The translations under genes and the position numbers were made by a program. The notes under the pieces were generated by a model. The model saw only the letters and a list, made by a program, of their open reading frames with translations. It made no database searches and was not told the origin of the DNA. A stretch of 64,000 nucleotides of DNA from Planctomycetota bacterium (GTDB taxonomy: Bacteria; Planctomycetota; Phycisphaerae; WQYP01), in assembly GCA_021827645.1 (NCBI GenBank), contig JAKAVA010000045.1, positions 17,410 through 81,409 of the forward strand, written 5' to 3'. Shown here one piece after another: positions 1-9,026 of this stretch. Numbering within the stretch: the stretch's first letter is position 1; each line of letters begins with the position of its first letter.

Positions 1-568
1 GCCCCACCCCGATCTCCGTCATTTTCTTTTCCAGTTCCGCCAGATAGCGGACACCGCCCTGTGGCGAGGTGTCGCGCCCGTCGGTAATGGCGTGGATGGC
101 GACGCGATCGGATGGAAATTTGATCCGCGCGGCGAGTTCCAATATCGCATAGGCGTGCTCCTGATCACTGTGAACCCGGCCATCCGAACACAAGCCGAGA
201 ATGTGTACGCGGGAACCGTGCTTTTGGGCGTGCTCGAATGCACCGAGGAGTGTTTTATTTTCAAAGAAACTTCCATCGCGTATCCGGCGCGTGATACGCA
301 TGGTCTCCTGATCAACTACGCGTCCGGCGCCGATATTCTGATGGCCCACTTCACTGTTTCCCATAACACCTGCCGGCAGGCCGACCCATTCACCCGAAGT
401 ATGGATCAGCACGTGCGGGTACTCTGCCATCAGGGCATCATCCACAGGATGGCGGGCCAGATGAACCGCATTGTAGGAATTCATCTCTGGATGCGGGTTG
501 CTACCCCATCCGTCACGTACGATTAACATCACCGGTCGTCGCAATTTGTTCTTATCTACATTTGCCAT
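1..568 (-). CDS. gpmI: 2,3-bisphosphoglycerate-independent phosphoglycerate mutase, N-terminal ~189 codons; gene continues beyond the left edge
   Basis: Own reverse-strand translation from ATG 568..566: MANVDKNKLRRPVMLIVRDGWGSNPHPEMN...PAGVMGNSEVGHQNIGAGRVVDQ...HILGLCSDGRVHSDQEH...AIHAITDGRDTSPQGG. The frame stays open to base 1. LIxRDGWG, GNSEVGH (catalytic Ser) and TDGRD are iPGM hallmarks. Not in the supplied ORF track (no in-window stop). Confidence 0.93.
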   Translation of the reverse strand, partial: MANVDKNKLRRPVMLIVRDGWGSNPHPEMNSYNAVHLARHPVDDALMAEYPHVLIHTSGEWVGLPAGVMGNSEVGHQNIGAGRVVDQETMRITRRIRDGSFFENKTLLGAFEHAQKHGSRVHILGLCSDGRVHSDQEHAYAILELAARIKFPSDRVAIHAITDGRDTSPQGGVRYLAELEKKMTEIGVG

Positions 569-643
569 GGGTCATCATGCTCCAGAGAAACAGTCTTTTG
601 GTATCACCTATTCGCCAAATTCAGTCGCCATCGGCCGCCAGGC

Positions 644-2218
644 GTGATGGCACGTATCATTGCCAACCGCCGCCGCGACGGTAGGCTAACCGGTATGAAA
701 AGTTCAACCGGCCCGAACTCTGTTATACCCGTTTGGTACGCCGTTGCCATACTTTTTCTGGCGGCCATATTCGCAATTCCTTCGGCCCGCGCTGCAACGG
801 TGATTCGCGCTTCGGTGATTCCGCGGCATCCGCAGATAAACTCCTGGGCCACGCTGATTATGCATGGGCTTCCGGTAGCACCGCATCCCTACCGACTCCA
901 AATTCGCAGCCGTGATGGCGGCCCGATCAGCGAAGTGACGGTGGGCAACCAACGCCCCGTTCTGATACCGATCGCATTTATCACTGCGGTCAGCCACCGA
1001 CATGCAAAGCTTCAATTTCGGCTGCTCCGCAAAGGAATCGCATCTAAACCATGGAAGTCACTGCTGGTAAAACTTCATCGACGCCTGCCAGGCTCAACGG
1101 CAGAAACTTTTCTCGTGGTGACATCGCACCGGCGGTCGCATGTCTATCCATCGAACGATGATTATTTTCTGCCCATGGGTGCCGGCGCCCTGATGCATAC
1201 CCCACCCACCGCCGTCGCCGCATTCAGCGGCTGCCTGATCTCCGGCGATGTGACAAATCAAAGCGATCGAAGGCTGATCGCCCGGGTGCTGCCGACCGGC
1301 ATCCCGATCTTTCGACCTGGTGGGTCCGCCCCGCCGCCGTTTGATGGAATCGCATGGAAAAAAATCACGCTGCCGACGAATAAACACGCTTCGGGCTGGG
1401 AACTTTCGATTCCCACACCCCCCTCCATCAGGCCGATCGTCTCCGCCCTCCGTCGACTGCGCCTCCCACCACCGACCTTGCCGACTCTCTGGCCCATCGT
1501 CATAGTTGCCTGCGGTTCGCTTTCTGTGGTGATAATGATTTTGGTGTGGAGTGCCGCCGGGCGGCGTCACGCCGTCATCCGCGTTTCGGCGATGTTGAGT
1601 GCCGGGCTGCTTACCGGGATCGCGGGGGCGATATGGGTCAGTCGCGCCGCTCCGCTGGATACCATTGAATATCACTGGCGGCAGGCCGCCGGTGGGTATT
1701 CCAGATATCTGGTGCGCTGGCGCATCTATCGGGCGCTAGCCCACGAACGCGTTCGTGTGAAGGATGATTCGGCGTTGCCCGTTGCGTGGAACCTGCAAAG
1801 CTGGAGGCACTTGCGGGCCGTCTTACGCTTTTCCATATCCGAGTCCGTGCAGAACCGTGTGGAATTCACGTTATCCAAGGGGGGAGCGGCGGTAATTCGC
1901 AGTGAATATTTCAATTCTCATCAGGATAAAGCGGACGCCCCACGCGATTGGTATTATTTTATCCATGGACAACTGGAGCGCAATGGGCACACGATCGGCC
2001 TCGACGGGTGGATGGCACGGCAGCCCAAGACAACTGCGGCATCCATCCGGGCCTGGCTTCTCTTCGGCCGACAGAGTTATTTACATTGGCGTTTGACCGC
2101 CTATCCCCATTTTGAGGTCGAGGCGCTTCCCAGCGGCTTACCCCATCGGTTATCGAATGCAAGTGGCGATCAGTCAGGTCTTGTTGGCGGCGGCGAAGCG
2201 GGAGTGCGCGGCCGATAA
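644..2218 (+). CDS. hypothetical membrane protein, no family recognised
   Basis: 524-codon ORF. The more likely start is ATG 695 (MKSSTGPNSVIPVWYAVAILFLAAIFAIPSARA, signal-peptide-like). Two central hydrophobic helices (LWPIVIVACGSLSVVIMILVW; VSAMLSAGLLTGIAGAIWV). The 3' end overlaps the convergent EamA gene by 49 nt, so the C-terminus, and to some degree the gene itself, is uncertain. Confidence 0.45.
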   Translation: MMARIIANRRRDGRLTGMKSSTGPNSVIPVWYAVAILFLAAIFAIPSARAATVIRASVIPRHPQINSWATLIMHGLPVAPHPYRLQIRSRDGGPISEVTVGNQRPVLIPIAFITAVSHRHAKLQFRLLRKGIASKPWKSLLVKLHRRLPGSTAETFLVVTSHRRSHVYPSNDDYFLPMGAGALMHTPPTAVAAFSGCLISGDVTNQSDRRLIARVLPTGIPIFRPGGSAPPPFDGIAWKKITLPTNKHASGWELSIPTPPSIRPIVSALRRLRLPPPTLPTLWPIVIVACGSLSVVIMILVWSAAGRRHAVIRVSAMLSAGLLTGIAGAIWVSRAAPLDTIEYHWRQAAGGYSRYLVRWRIYRALAHERVRVKDDSALPVAWNLQSWRHLRAVLRFSISESVQNRVEFTLSKGGAAVIRSEYFNSHQDKADAPRDWYYFIHGQLERNGHTIGLDGWMARQPKTTAASIRAWLLFGRQSYLHWRLTAYPHFEVEALPSGLPHRLSNASGDQSGLVGGGEAGVRGR

Positions 2219-3132
2219 ATGGCCAGAAACATTCCCGTAAGAAGAATCGCTGAACCGACGAGAAACCAGATTCCCGGCAGTCGCTCTTTTATCATGGCTT
2301 CCCACACCAGCGTCAGAGGCAAGGCAGCATTACCGAAGGTAGCCACCCGTGACGGAGGCTGGCGGGCGTTGCACCAGTTGTAAAGAAAAAATACGCCGAC
2401 GGCGACGAAGAAAATGAGGTATCCCAGCCCCAACCACGATTCGAGCGTGATATGCGAAACGTTCACCTGCTGCGACTTGATCAGCAGCAGTGGAATACTG
2501 ACCAGCGCCCCGCAGAGAAATATCCAGAATTGTGCGGCGAGGCTGCCGTAATGTTGATTGAGCCTGCGAGAAAAAACCAGATAGCCGGACCACGTGGCCG
2601 CTGCCCCGAGCAGAAGCAGATCGCCGGTTAAAAATGACTTTCGAAGGAAGAGGCCGGAATCCAGCAGAATAACAATCACACCGACCACAGCGAGTACCGC
2701 GCCCGTAATCGCCCGCCAACTCCAACGTTCGATACGGATCAGGCATGAGAGAACGGTAACAATTACGGGCGTGGTGCTGTAAAGCATCGCCGCGTGCGAA
2801 GGGTTGGCCATGGCAACCCCGCCCCAGAAGAACGCCTGATTCACCGGCACGCATACGATTCCGAGGATCACGATAAGAGGCCAATCGGCCCTAACTGGCA
2901 GAAGAAATTTTCTGCTCGCCAGTAAAACCAGCCCGATCGTCAGCGCAGCGAGCAGAAATCGCATCACGCCCCCGATAATGGGCGGAATGCTGGCCACAGC
3001 GCACCCCACAGCAATCGGAGTCCAGGAAGCCAAAAACGTCATCAGCAGGAGGGCGGAAAGGTCCAAGCCCGCCAAACGCTGTTGCCCGCGTAAATCCTGC
3101 CTGCCTGCCGATGATTCAACCGCACCCGACAT
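2170..3132 (-). CDS. EamA/DMT-superfamily transporter
   Basis: 320-aa polytopic protein with about 10 hydrophobic segments in two EamA-like halves (LLMTFLASWTPIAVGCAV..., AITGAVLAVVGVIVILLDSG..., WFLVGSAILLTGMFLAIY). Confidence 0.78.
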   Translation of the reverse strand: MSGAVESSAGRQDLRGQQRLAGLDLSALLLMTFLASWTPIAVGCAVASIPPIIGGVMRFLLAALTIGLVLLASRKFLLPVRADWPLIVILGIVCVPVNQAFFWGGVAMANPSHAAMLYSTTPVIVTVLSCLIRIERWSWRAITGAVLAVVGVIVILLDSGLFLRKSFLTGDLLLLGAAATWSGYLVFSRRLNQHYGSLAAQFWIFLCGALVSIPLLLIKSQQVNVSHITLESWLGLGYLIFFVAVGVFFLYNWCNARQPPSRVATFGNAALPLTLVWEAMIKERLPGIWFLVGSAILLTGMFLAIYRPRTPASPPPTRPD

Positions 3133-3367
3133 GGATATGACTCACCTTAACACTAAAACCTGTCAATCGCCGAAATCTTACTTGAAAATTCGTCCGCCGG
3201 GGTTAAGCAAATATACTTTAGAGGCCGACCGGCGGCGCGGCTGGGATGCGGGCGGTTGGTAGTTGTCATCCTTACCGCCGCACGCCATACTTATAGGAGA
3301 AACAGGTATCGATTGCCACCTGGGCCTTTTCGCACCATGGTAACTCAGCCAAGTGGAGGCGATTAAG

Positions 3368-4468
3368 ATGAATCGGAAACACCGAATTACCCAGGTGCCT
3401 GGGCAACGCCCATATTCGTCGGCAGGTCGCCCGGCGATCTGCATTGCGACTGCGTTGGTGGCGTTTTTTGCGTTGACTGCAACCGTCCCGGTACCCGCTG
3501 ATGAGCCACTGTGTGATCGCCTTGCGGCGATGGTTCATTTCCAACGCGGGAAAATGGATTATCTGCCCGCGTACGGGAAAGTGGTCGGCCTGTTTCGCCG
3601 ACGACCGGGGATATGGTGGTTTCCAATGGGGAAGATCCTTTGGCGTCATCCTAAAAGAATCAGTGCCTTGGTCTATGCCATTGATCATGCATCGCACGTG
3701 GCGGCTTTGAGAAATCAATTCCTGAAGAATGCAAGTCTGCGCACCGGGTTCTGGCTGCCGGCGCCGCATCATTGGAATTACGGGAGTGCAAGCTTGGCGA
3801 TCGGGATCAGCGGCTATCTGAGGCTCAGAAGCGGCGAATTTTATCTGGCTGGACATAAACGTCGAGGCGCCCGCTACAGTCTTGCGGCGATGCTGCTTTC
3901 GGCTCAGGCGGCACCGGCGATCGGGCGTTTCGCCCTGCATCTCGTGGACATGCATCTATTAAACAACCCGACCATCATGCACAAGGTGATCAGGCTGCCC
4001 CCATTTTCCGGAGTTCCCTCGACGATTAAGGGATGCTACGAGTACGGTGCGGCCTCGCTGGCGTTTTATGTTAACCGGGCGCCGTGGCGGGCGCAGCTCA
4101 TCAAGCTTCATCACACGTTCCGACAGGATCGCTTCCGCGCCATGGCTTTTTACCAACCGCTCGATAAACTCTGTCACCAGGCTGCCACGGACCACGGGCG
4201 GCTTACGGCGGGGCAAAAATCGCAGATGCGGGCGCTGATTGAAAAGGGCTTGCGCAGTGCTGTGGACGTCCGCGAGGTGTTTGGAGTTTTAAGCAACGCA
4301 CAATTTCTGCAGCAGCGGGCGGCAAAGCAACATCAGCCATGGACATCGAACGCAATTCGCGGCGATCTGGCAATCGGCCTGGCCGCCGTGCTGAAGGAAA
4401 AGCGATTCTCGCCGATGGAAAAGGCTGCCATTGACAAGTTCCTCTTTGAGCTTGCGTCGGAGGCCTGA
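3368..4468 (+). CDS. hypothetical exported protein, no family recognised
   Basis: The track ORF starts at GTG 3353. ATG 3368 is preceded by GGAGG (3355..3359). N-terminus MNRKHRITQ...PAICIATALVAFFALTATVPVPA is signal-peptide-like. No known motifs seen. Confidence 0.45.
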   Translation: MNRKHRITQVPGQRPYSSAGRPAICIATALVAFFALTATVPVPADEPLCDRLAAMVHFQRGKMDYLPAYGKVVGLFRRRPGIWWFPMGKILWRHPKRISALVYAIDHASHVAALRNQFLKNASLRTGFWLPAPHHWNYGSASLAIGISGYLRLRSGEFYLAGHKRRGARYSLAAMLLSAQAAPAIGRFALHLVDMHLLNNPTIMHKVIRLPPFSGVPSTIKGCYEYGAASLAFYVNRAPWRAQLIKLHHTFRQDRFRAMAFYQPLDKLCHQAATDHGRLTAGQKSQMRALIEKGLRSAVDVREVFGVLSNAQFLQQRAAKQHQPWTSNAIRGDLAIGLAAVLKEKRFSPMEKAAIDKFLFELASEA

Positions 4469-4511
4469 ACTAAGGCGGGTCGGCGGCAAGCTGATCGGTT
4501 AAAATTCCAGC

Positions 4512-5498
4512 ATGACGCAGCCACCGAGTCCGGAGATCACCGTTCTGATGCCCGCATACAACGCGCAGCAATACCTGCGGCCGGCGGTAGAATCCATCCT
4601 GAATCAGACCTTTGCTGATTTTGAATTTATTATCATTGACGACGGCTCGACAGATGACACCGCCCGGATCATTGCCAGTTATGCCGATCCGCGGATTCGG
4701 TTTTATCAACAGGCCAATCAGGGGCTTTCGCGCACGCTAAACCGAGGCATCAGTCTGGCACATGGAACATTCATCGCCCGGCAGGATGCGGATGATGTGT
4801 CGATGCCGCAGCGGTTTGCCGCCCAGATTGAATTTATGAAGCGCCATGCGGATATTGCCATGGTCGGCACTGCGGCGGAGATATGGGTGGAGGGCCGGCC
4901 CGGAGGACGTTACCACCGCCATCCATGCGACCCGGTGCAACTGGCGTTTGCGATGCTTTTTGACAATTATTTTGTACACAGTTCCGTCATGATTCGCCGA
5001 GCGGTGCTGGAGGATATTGGCGGTTATTCGGCTGAAAAAACTCGCCAGCCCGAGGATTTTGAATTATGGTCGCGGATATCACAAAAATATCCGGTTGCCA
5101 ATCTTCCCGAAGTGCTGCAAATCTACCGCGAACGCAGCGGAAGCATCTGCCGCACCGACAATTTTCAGGCCAGTTGCACCCGCATCGCCGCCGAAAATAT
5201 CGCACTCACGCTGGGTTTTAAGGAACCGGCTCCCATCCATCTGACGCTGGCAAGCTACATGCGAGGTCAGCGGCCGCAGGATCGAACCATTCCGCTCAAT
5301 GCGCTTAAAACACTTCTGACCGAAGCTGCCGATGCCATTTCCCGGCGCTTTGCTTCATCAGCGACGGACGTCAGCGCTGCGCTGGCTCAGCGGATGGAGA
5401 TGCTGGCGCACCAATACAGGCGTTTTCATCCGAGCTATCGACTCGGAGCTTATCTGCGTCGTCGGATCAGCGGCGCCGTCGGATGGCTTGGCAGGTGA
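4512..5498 (+). CDS. family 2 glycosyltransferase
   Basis: ITVLMPAYNAQQYLRPAVESILNQTFADFEFIIIDDGSTDDT, and a DxD in ARQDADDVSMPQR. This is the classical GT2 (GT-A) N-terminal domain. Confidence 0.85.
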   Translation: MTQPPSPEITVLMPAYNAQQYLRPAVESILNQTFADFEFIIIDDGSTDDTARIIASYADPRIRFYQQANQGLSRTLNRGISLAHGTFIARQDADDVSMPQRFAAQIEFMKRHADIAMVGTAAEIWVEGRPGGRYHRHPCDPVQLAFAMLFDNYFVHSSVMIRRAVLEDIGGYSAEKTRQPEDFELWSRISQKYPVANLPEVLQIYRERSGSICRTDNFQASCTRIAAENIALTLGFKEPAPIHLTLASYMRGQRPQDRTIPLNALKTLLTEAADAISRRFASSATDVSAALAQRMEMLAHQYRRFHPSYRLGAYLRRRISGAVGWLGR

Positions 5499-5565
5499 AA
5501 GGTGTTGTCATATCTCGCCCAGATGGTTCGTTGCGGCGGTAGACCTGATATGATCCACCAGCCAT

Positions 5566-6573
5566 CTACCGTTGAAGGCGATGTTTGATACGGGAGGTGA
5601 GCGATGGCACCGGCTCCGGCAGCGGTCCGAAGCAGCGTTCCCAGTGATGCCGAAGATTTTCACGATGCCGCGCCAGCGCATCGTCCAATGCGCCCGGCGC
5701 AAGCTTGAATCGATTTTCCAATCGGTGTGCGAGTCGTTCGAGCAGCCGTTGCAACGTTTCGTATTTCACCCGAGGGGGCCCCGGATTCTGTCCTCGCAGC
5801 AGCGAGGCCAAGGTTCGGTGTGCCGGCCCGACCCACCAGCTTCCAGCCGCTCGGGCGATATTTTCACTTGCGAGCCGGATACCATTGGCATCAAAATTTT
5901 CAGTGCGGCAGATGCTGCCCGGATGCACGCGGTAGGCCGCCAGAACGTCCGAAAGGTTCGCCACGGCATGGCGTCGACCGATGCGTGACCATAATTCAAA
6001 ATCCTCATGACGGCGGGACTGATCGAGCGTAAAACCACCCACCCGCGAGATGATCGTGCTGCGCACCATCACGGTGCTGTTGACGAGATAGTTTTCAAAG
6101 AGCATGTCGAACGCAAGCTGAGCCGGGTCGCAGGCATGCCGCAAATATCGCCCTGTCGGTGTTGAATCTTCCCAGGTTTCAGCCGCCGCCCCGACCAGCG
6201 CCACCTCGGGGTGATCCTGCAGGAAAGTGAGTTGCTTTTCCAAACGTTGGGGCAGAGCGAGATCATCCGCGTCCAGAAAGGCAAAATAGCTTCCCTGAGC
6301 CGATTCCATTGCCCGATTTCGGGCCGCGGCGACCCCGGCATTGGCCTGGCGGATCAGATCGATGCGCGGATCATCGATCGATTGAACTTTTTCCGCCGTG
6401 TCGTCGGTTGATCCGTCATCCACCACGATCATTTCAAAATGCGGGTACGTCTGATCCAACACGGATTCAATGGCATCGACAACATACGCTCCCGCATTGT
6501 ATGCCGGTGTGATGATGCTTACCAGTGGATTTATATTATCCGCCATTGCCTCGATATCACCGCCCATCCGCAT
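5566..6573 (-). CDS. family 2 glycosyltransferase (paralog of 4512..5498)
   Basis: VSIITPAYNAGAYVVDAIESVLDQTYPHFEMIVVDDGSTDDT, FLDADDLALPQR. The C-terminal half aligns residue by residue with 4512..5498. An alternative start is ATG 6546. Confidence 0.85.
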   Translation of the reverse strand: MRMGGDIEAMADNINPLVSIITPAYNAGAYVVDAIESVLDQTYPHFEMIVVDDGSTDDTAEKVQSIDDPRIDLIRQANAGVAAARNRAMESAQGSYFAFLDADDLALPQRLEKQLTFLQDHPEVALVGAAAETWEDSTPTGRYLRHACDPAQLAFDMLFENYLVNSTVMVRSTIISRVGGFTLDQSRRHEDFELWSRIGRRHAVANLSDVLAAYRVHPGSICRTENFDANGIRLASENIARAAGSWWVGPAHRTLASLLRGQNPGPPRVKYETLQRLLERLAHRLENRFKLAPGALDDALARHRENLRHHWERCFGPLPEPVPSLTSRIKHRLQR

Positions 6574-6627
6574 CTACCTTATGGGTGGCTCGTGGCACCA
6601 CCCGCAAATCCCTCAGCCGCCAGTCAT

Positions 6628-7485
6628 TTAATCCGCTTCCAGCGTCCGCCACTGCGGCGGAAGCAGATCGACGGTGTTGGAGGTTGCACCGGAGAACCAC
6701 CGGTTCGGTGCAACGACTATTTTAGCACGGTCGGGATTCAGCCACGCCCCCCACCAGGAAAAACTGCTATTAGCCAGAATGTGGTGTCTGCAGGCGGCCA
6801 TCAGCCGCAGGTCGGACGCCGGTTGATCAGGGGTGTTGATGTCAACGATGGTGAGCGGAGCCCGAGGATGAAAATGATCTCGTACCCAGCCGGGATCATC
6901 GGAAAAGATGAACAGCGTCGCATCGGGAACGCTGTCCAGAACCGTATCGACGGCGTTATGGTAGTACTTCATCGATGGCACGCCATGATATTCGGCGGTG
7001 TGCTTTTCAGAGACGTAATCACCACGTCGAAAATGCACGGAGACTGCAGGAACAGCTTGGATTTTCTCCAGCATGATCGCGTTGGGCTTGTCGGGCGAGC
7101 TGGCAAATTCAAGATCACTGCGAATCTGCCCCTCAACCGATTTGAAGTATTTTTCAGTCTGCCAATATCCAATCAGATGGACGGAGGATCGAGCGTCGAG
7201 CTTTTCAATATCGGGGTCATATTCAAAATGCTTTTCCCTCACGATTTGCCGGGGATTCAGCCAGCGCGACAGTGGATGGCGCCGCCGGCCGTCCGAATGC
7301 GATGCGATCCGCAGCGTCGAGGGAAAGCGGAACGCGTGGAGTTCAAATCGACGTTTTTGATCCAGTTTCAGTGCACTGACGTCAAATTCCACCTGCGCTC
7401 CGAGCCGCAGCGCCAGCGCCCGGGCTGCGGCGTACTGGAAAAGCTGATTTCCCAACCCACCCTGCAGGCGTGAGATGACTTTCAC
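6628..7485 (-). CDS. GT11 alpha-1,2-fucosyltransferase-like glycosyltransferase
   Basis: MKVISRLQGGLGNQLFQYAAARALA..., HFRRGDYV, IFSDDPGWV, ILANSSFSWWGAWL. This is the GT11 (FutC/WbgL-type) motif set. The start overlaps the upstream gene's stop by 4 nt. Confidence 0.85.
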   Translation of the reverse strand: MKVISRLQGGLGNQLFQYAAARALALRLGAQVEFDVSALKLDQKRRFELHAFRFPSTLRIASHSDGRRRHPLSRWLNPRQIVREKHFEYDPDIEKLDARSSVHLIGYWQTEKYFKSVEGQIRSDLEFASSPDKPNAIMLEKIQAVPAVSVHFRRGDYVSEKHTAEYHGVPSMKYYHNAVDTVLDSVPDATLFIFSDDPGWVRDHFHPRAPLTIVDINTPDQPASDLRLMAACRHHILANSSFSWWGAWLNPDRAKIVVAPNRWFSGATSNTVDLLPPQWRTLEAD

Positions 7486-8963
7486 ACTTTGGCTCCCGAT
7501 TCCGACTTTTGTGCCAAGATGCAGCAGAGCATCGGCGTTGACGTCGCGGCAAAAAGGTCATCCCCATGTGCCAGCCAATTGGCCATTGGATAATGTCCCG
7601 CCTCCCGGAGATATCGCACCAATGGATGATCACGCATCTCGCTGCTGAGTTGTTCCAATCGCGATGCCGCCTCTGTCATCTGATCCAACAGAGATTCAAA
7701 TGATCTGCCGATCACCTGGTGCTGCTTGACGGTAAGCCCGGCAGCCTCGCAGGCAGCCTGATACCAATGAGGCGAGGGATTGTTCAGATTTTGGGGGTCC
7801 GCCTGATCCGGCCGGGTCGGAGCGGGAGTCACGCCGAGCCATCCACCGGGGCGAAGCAGACTCGCCATTGCTCTTAACGCGCCTAAGGGATCAATTGAGT
7901 TTTCAATCACCCCCACCGCCAAGACCGCATCGACGGATGCGGCACCTTTCTTTGCCGCAATCGACGCCACGTCCGACGCACTGCCGCTGATGACAATCCG
8001 TTCCACCCGACGACCGGTCACTTGGGGAATGTCCACCGCACCGGGGGAAAAAATGATGATTTCAGCATCGGCCGGAATATTTTCGCACACCTGCCCCAGC
8101 CACCTGGCGATGCTGTCAACCCGTTTGCGGTTACAACGGGCCACCTGATCGGATAGTGCGTCGCCGGGCACCTTCAAGCTGCTGATTTCCGGATTGGGGT
8201 ATTGCGATCGATAAGATTCATGGGTCCACCTCTGGGACGCCCGCGGGGACGGCTCGCGCACCTTTCGGGCCGCAACCGTAAGATCCGGCAGCGGCTCATT
8301 ATGCGGATAATTCATATGTAATGGATTAGGGCTGCGATAGGTCCACTGGGTGTAGGCAAGCGTAACCTCAAAGCCATACTGCTCCAGCAGGCGAATGAGC
8401 CTCAACGGCGTGAGGCCGTTGCGATGATATTCTCCGGCCGTAAATTGACTGCCGAAAATGTGCCGATAGAAAATCTCTGTCCGCGAATCGTCATTTAAGG
8501 CCAGGATTCGGCGTATGCAGGCATCAAAATCGGGCACTTCCAAAAATACGGTTCCGCCCATCTTGAGGAGTTTGTTCCATGTGCGAAGCGTCCGATCCAG
8601 ATCCAGAATGCTGATGTGTTCAAAGACGTGATGGAGACGGATTTCAGCAAGAGAATCCGGTTCATAAAGCGTGTCAAGTGTTTCCGCGCGGGCAAACTTT
8701 TCCACGGTCGTCTGAACATAATCCGCACGGTGGATATTCGGATATGCGTCGATGTTGTCATACCCGGTGCGGATATTCTGCCCCGCTCCCACATGCGCCC
8801 GGATGCCATCGATGGGCGGTGGAAGAAACTTCGCGCGGGGATCGACATTCTGCTGGAAGCACCTTTTCGCGGTTTTGGGGTCCGGAATGTAAAACTGTAG
8901 ATTGTCGGGCGGAATATCCGAGCCGAAATTTTTTCGTGACTTTTTATAGTGTACCTTTGCCAA
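7482..8963 (-). CDS. two-domain class I SAM-dependent methyltransferase (putative glycan-modifying / chain-terminating enzyme)
   Basis: N-half: VGAGQNIRTGYDNID...HHVFEHISILDLDRTLRTWNKLLKMGGTVFLEVPDFD. C-half: VDAVLAVGVIENSIDPLGALRAMASLLRPGGWLGVTP. Both resemble Methyltransf_11/23-type folds. Confidence 0.65.
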   Translation of the reverse strand: MAKVHYKKSRKNFGSDIPPDNLQFYIPDPKTAKRCFQQNVDPRAKFLPPPIDGIRAHVGAGQNIRTGYDNIDAYPNIHRADYVQTTVEKFARAETLDTLYEPDSLAEIRLHHVFEHISILDLDRTLRTWNKLLKMGGTVFLEVPDFDACIRRILALNDDSRTEIFYRHIFGSQFTAGEYHRNGLTPLRLIRLLEQYGFEVTLAYTQWTYRSPNPLHMNYPHNEPLPDLTVAARKVREPSPRASQRWTHESYRSQYPNPEISSLKVPGDALSDQVARCNRKRVDSIARWLGQVCENIPADAEIIIFSPGAVDIPQVTGRRVERIVISGSASDVASIAAKKGAASVDAVLAVGVIENSIDPLGALRAMASLLRPGGWLGVTPAPTRPDQADPQNLNNPSPHWYQAACEAAGLTVKQHQVIGRSFESLLDQMTEAASRLEQLSSEMRDHPLVRYLREAGHYPMANWLAHGDDLFAATSTPMLCCILAQKSESGAKV

Positions 8964-9026
8964 CTCGGCGTCTCCAGTTAGACCTGATGCTTCGAATCCC
9001 CGCGATGCGCTATAAGGGCATCGATT

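Noticed and set aside
19-526. Track ORFs 19..315(-) and 92..526(+) at the left edge.
   Set aside because: Both are shadow frames of gpmI. The third minus-strand frame encodes textbook iPGM motifs over the whole stretch, whereas these two have no motifs and odd composition.
6439-7473. 344-aa plus-strand ORF.
   Set aside because: Antisense to the GT11 fucosyltransferase gene, whose motifs are unambiguous. It is Arg/Pro/Gly-rich, typical of shadow ORFs in GC-rich DNA.
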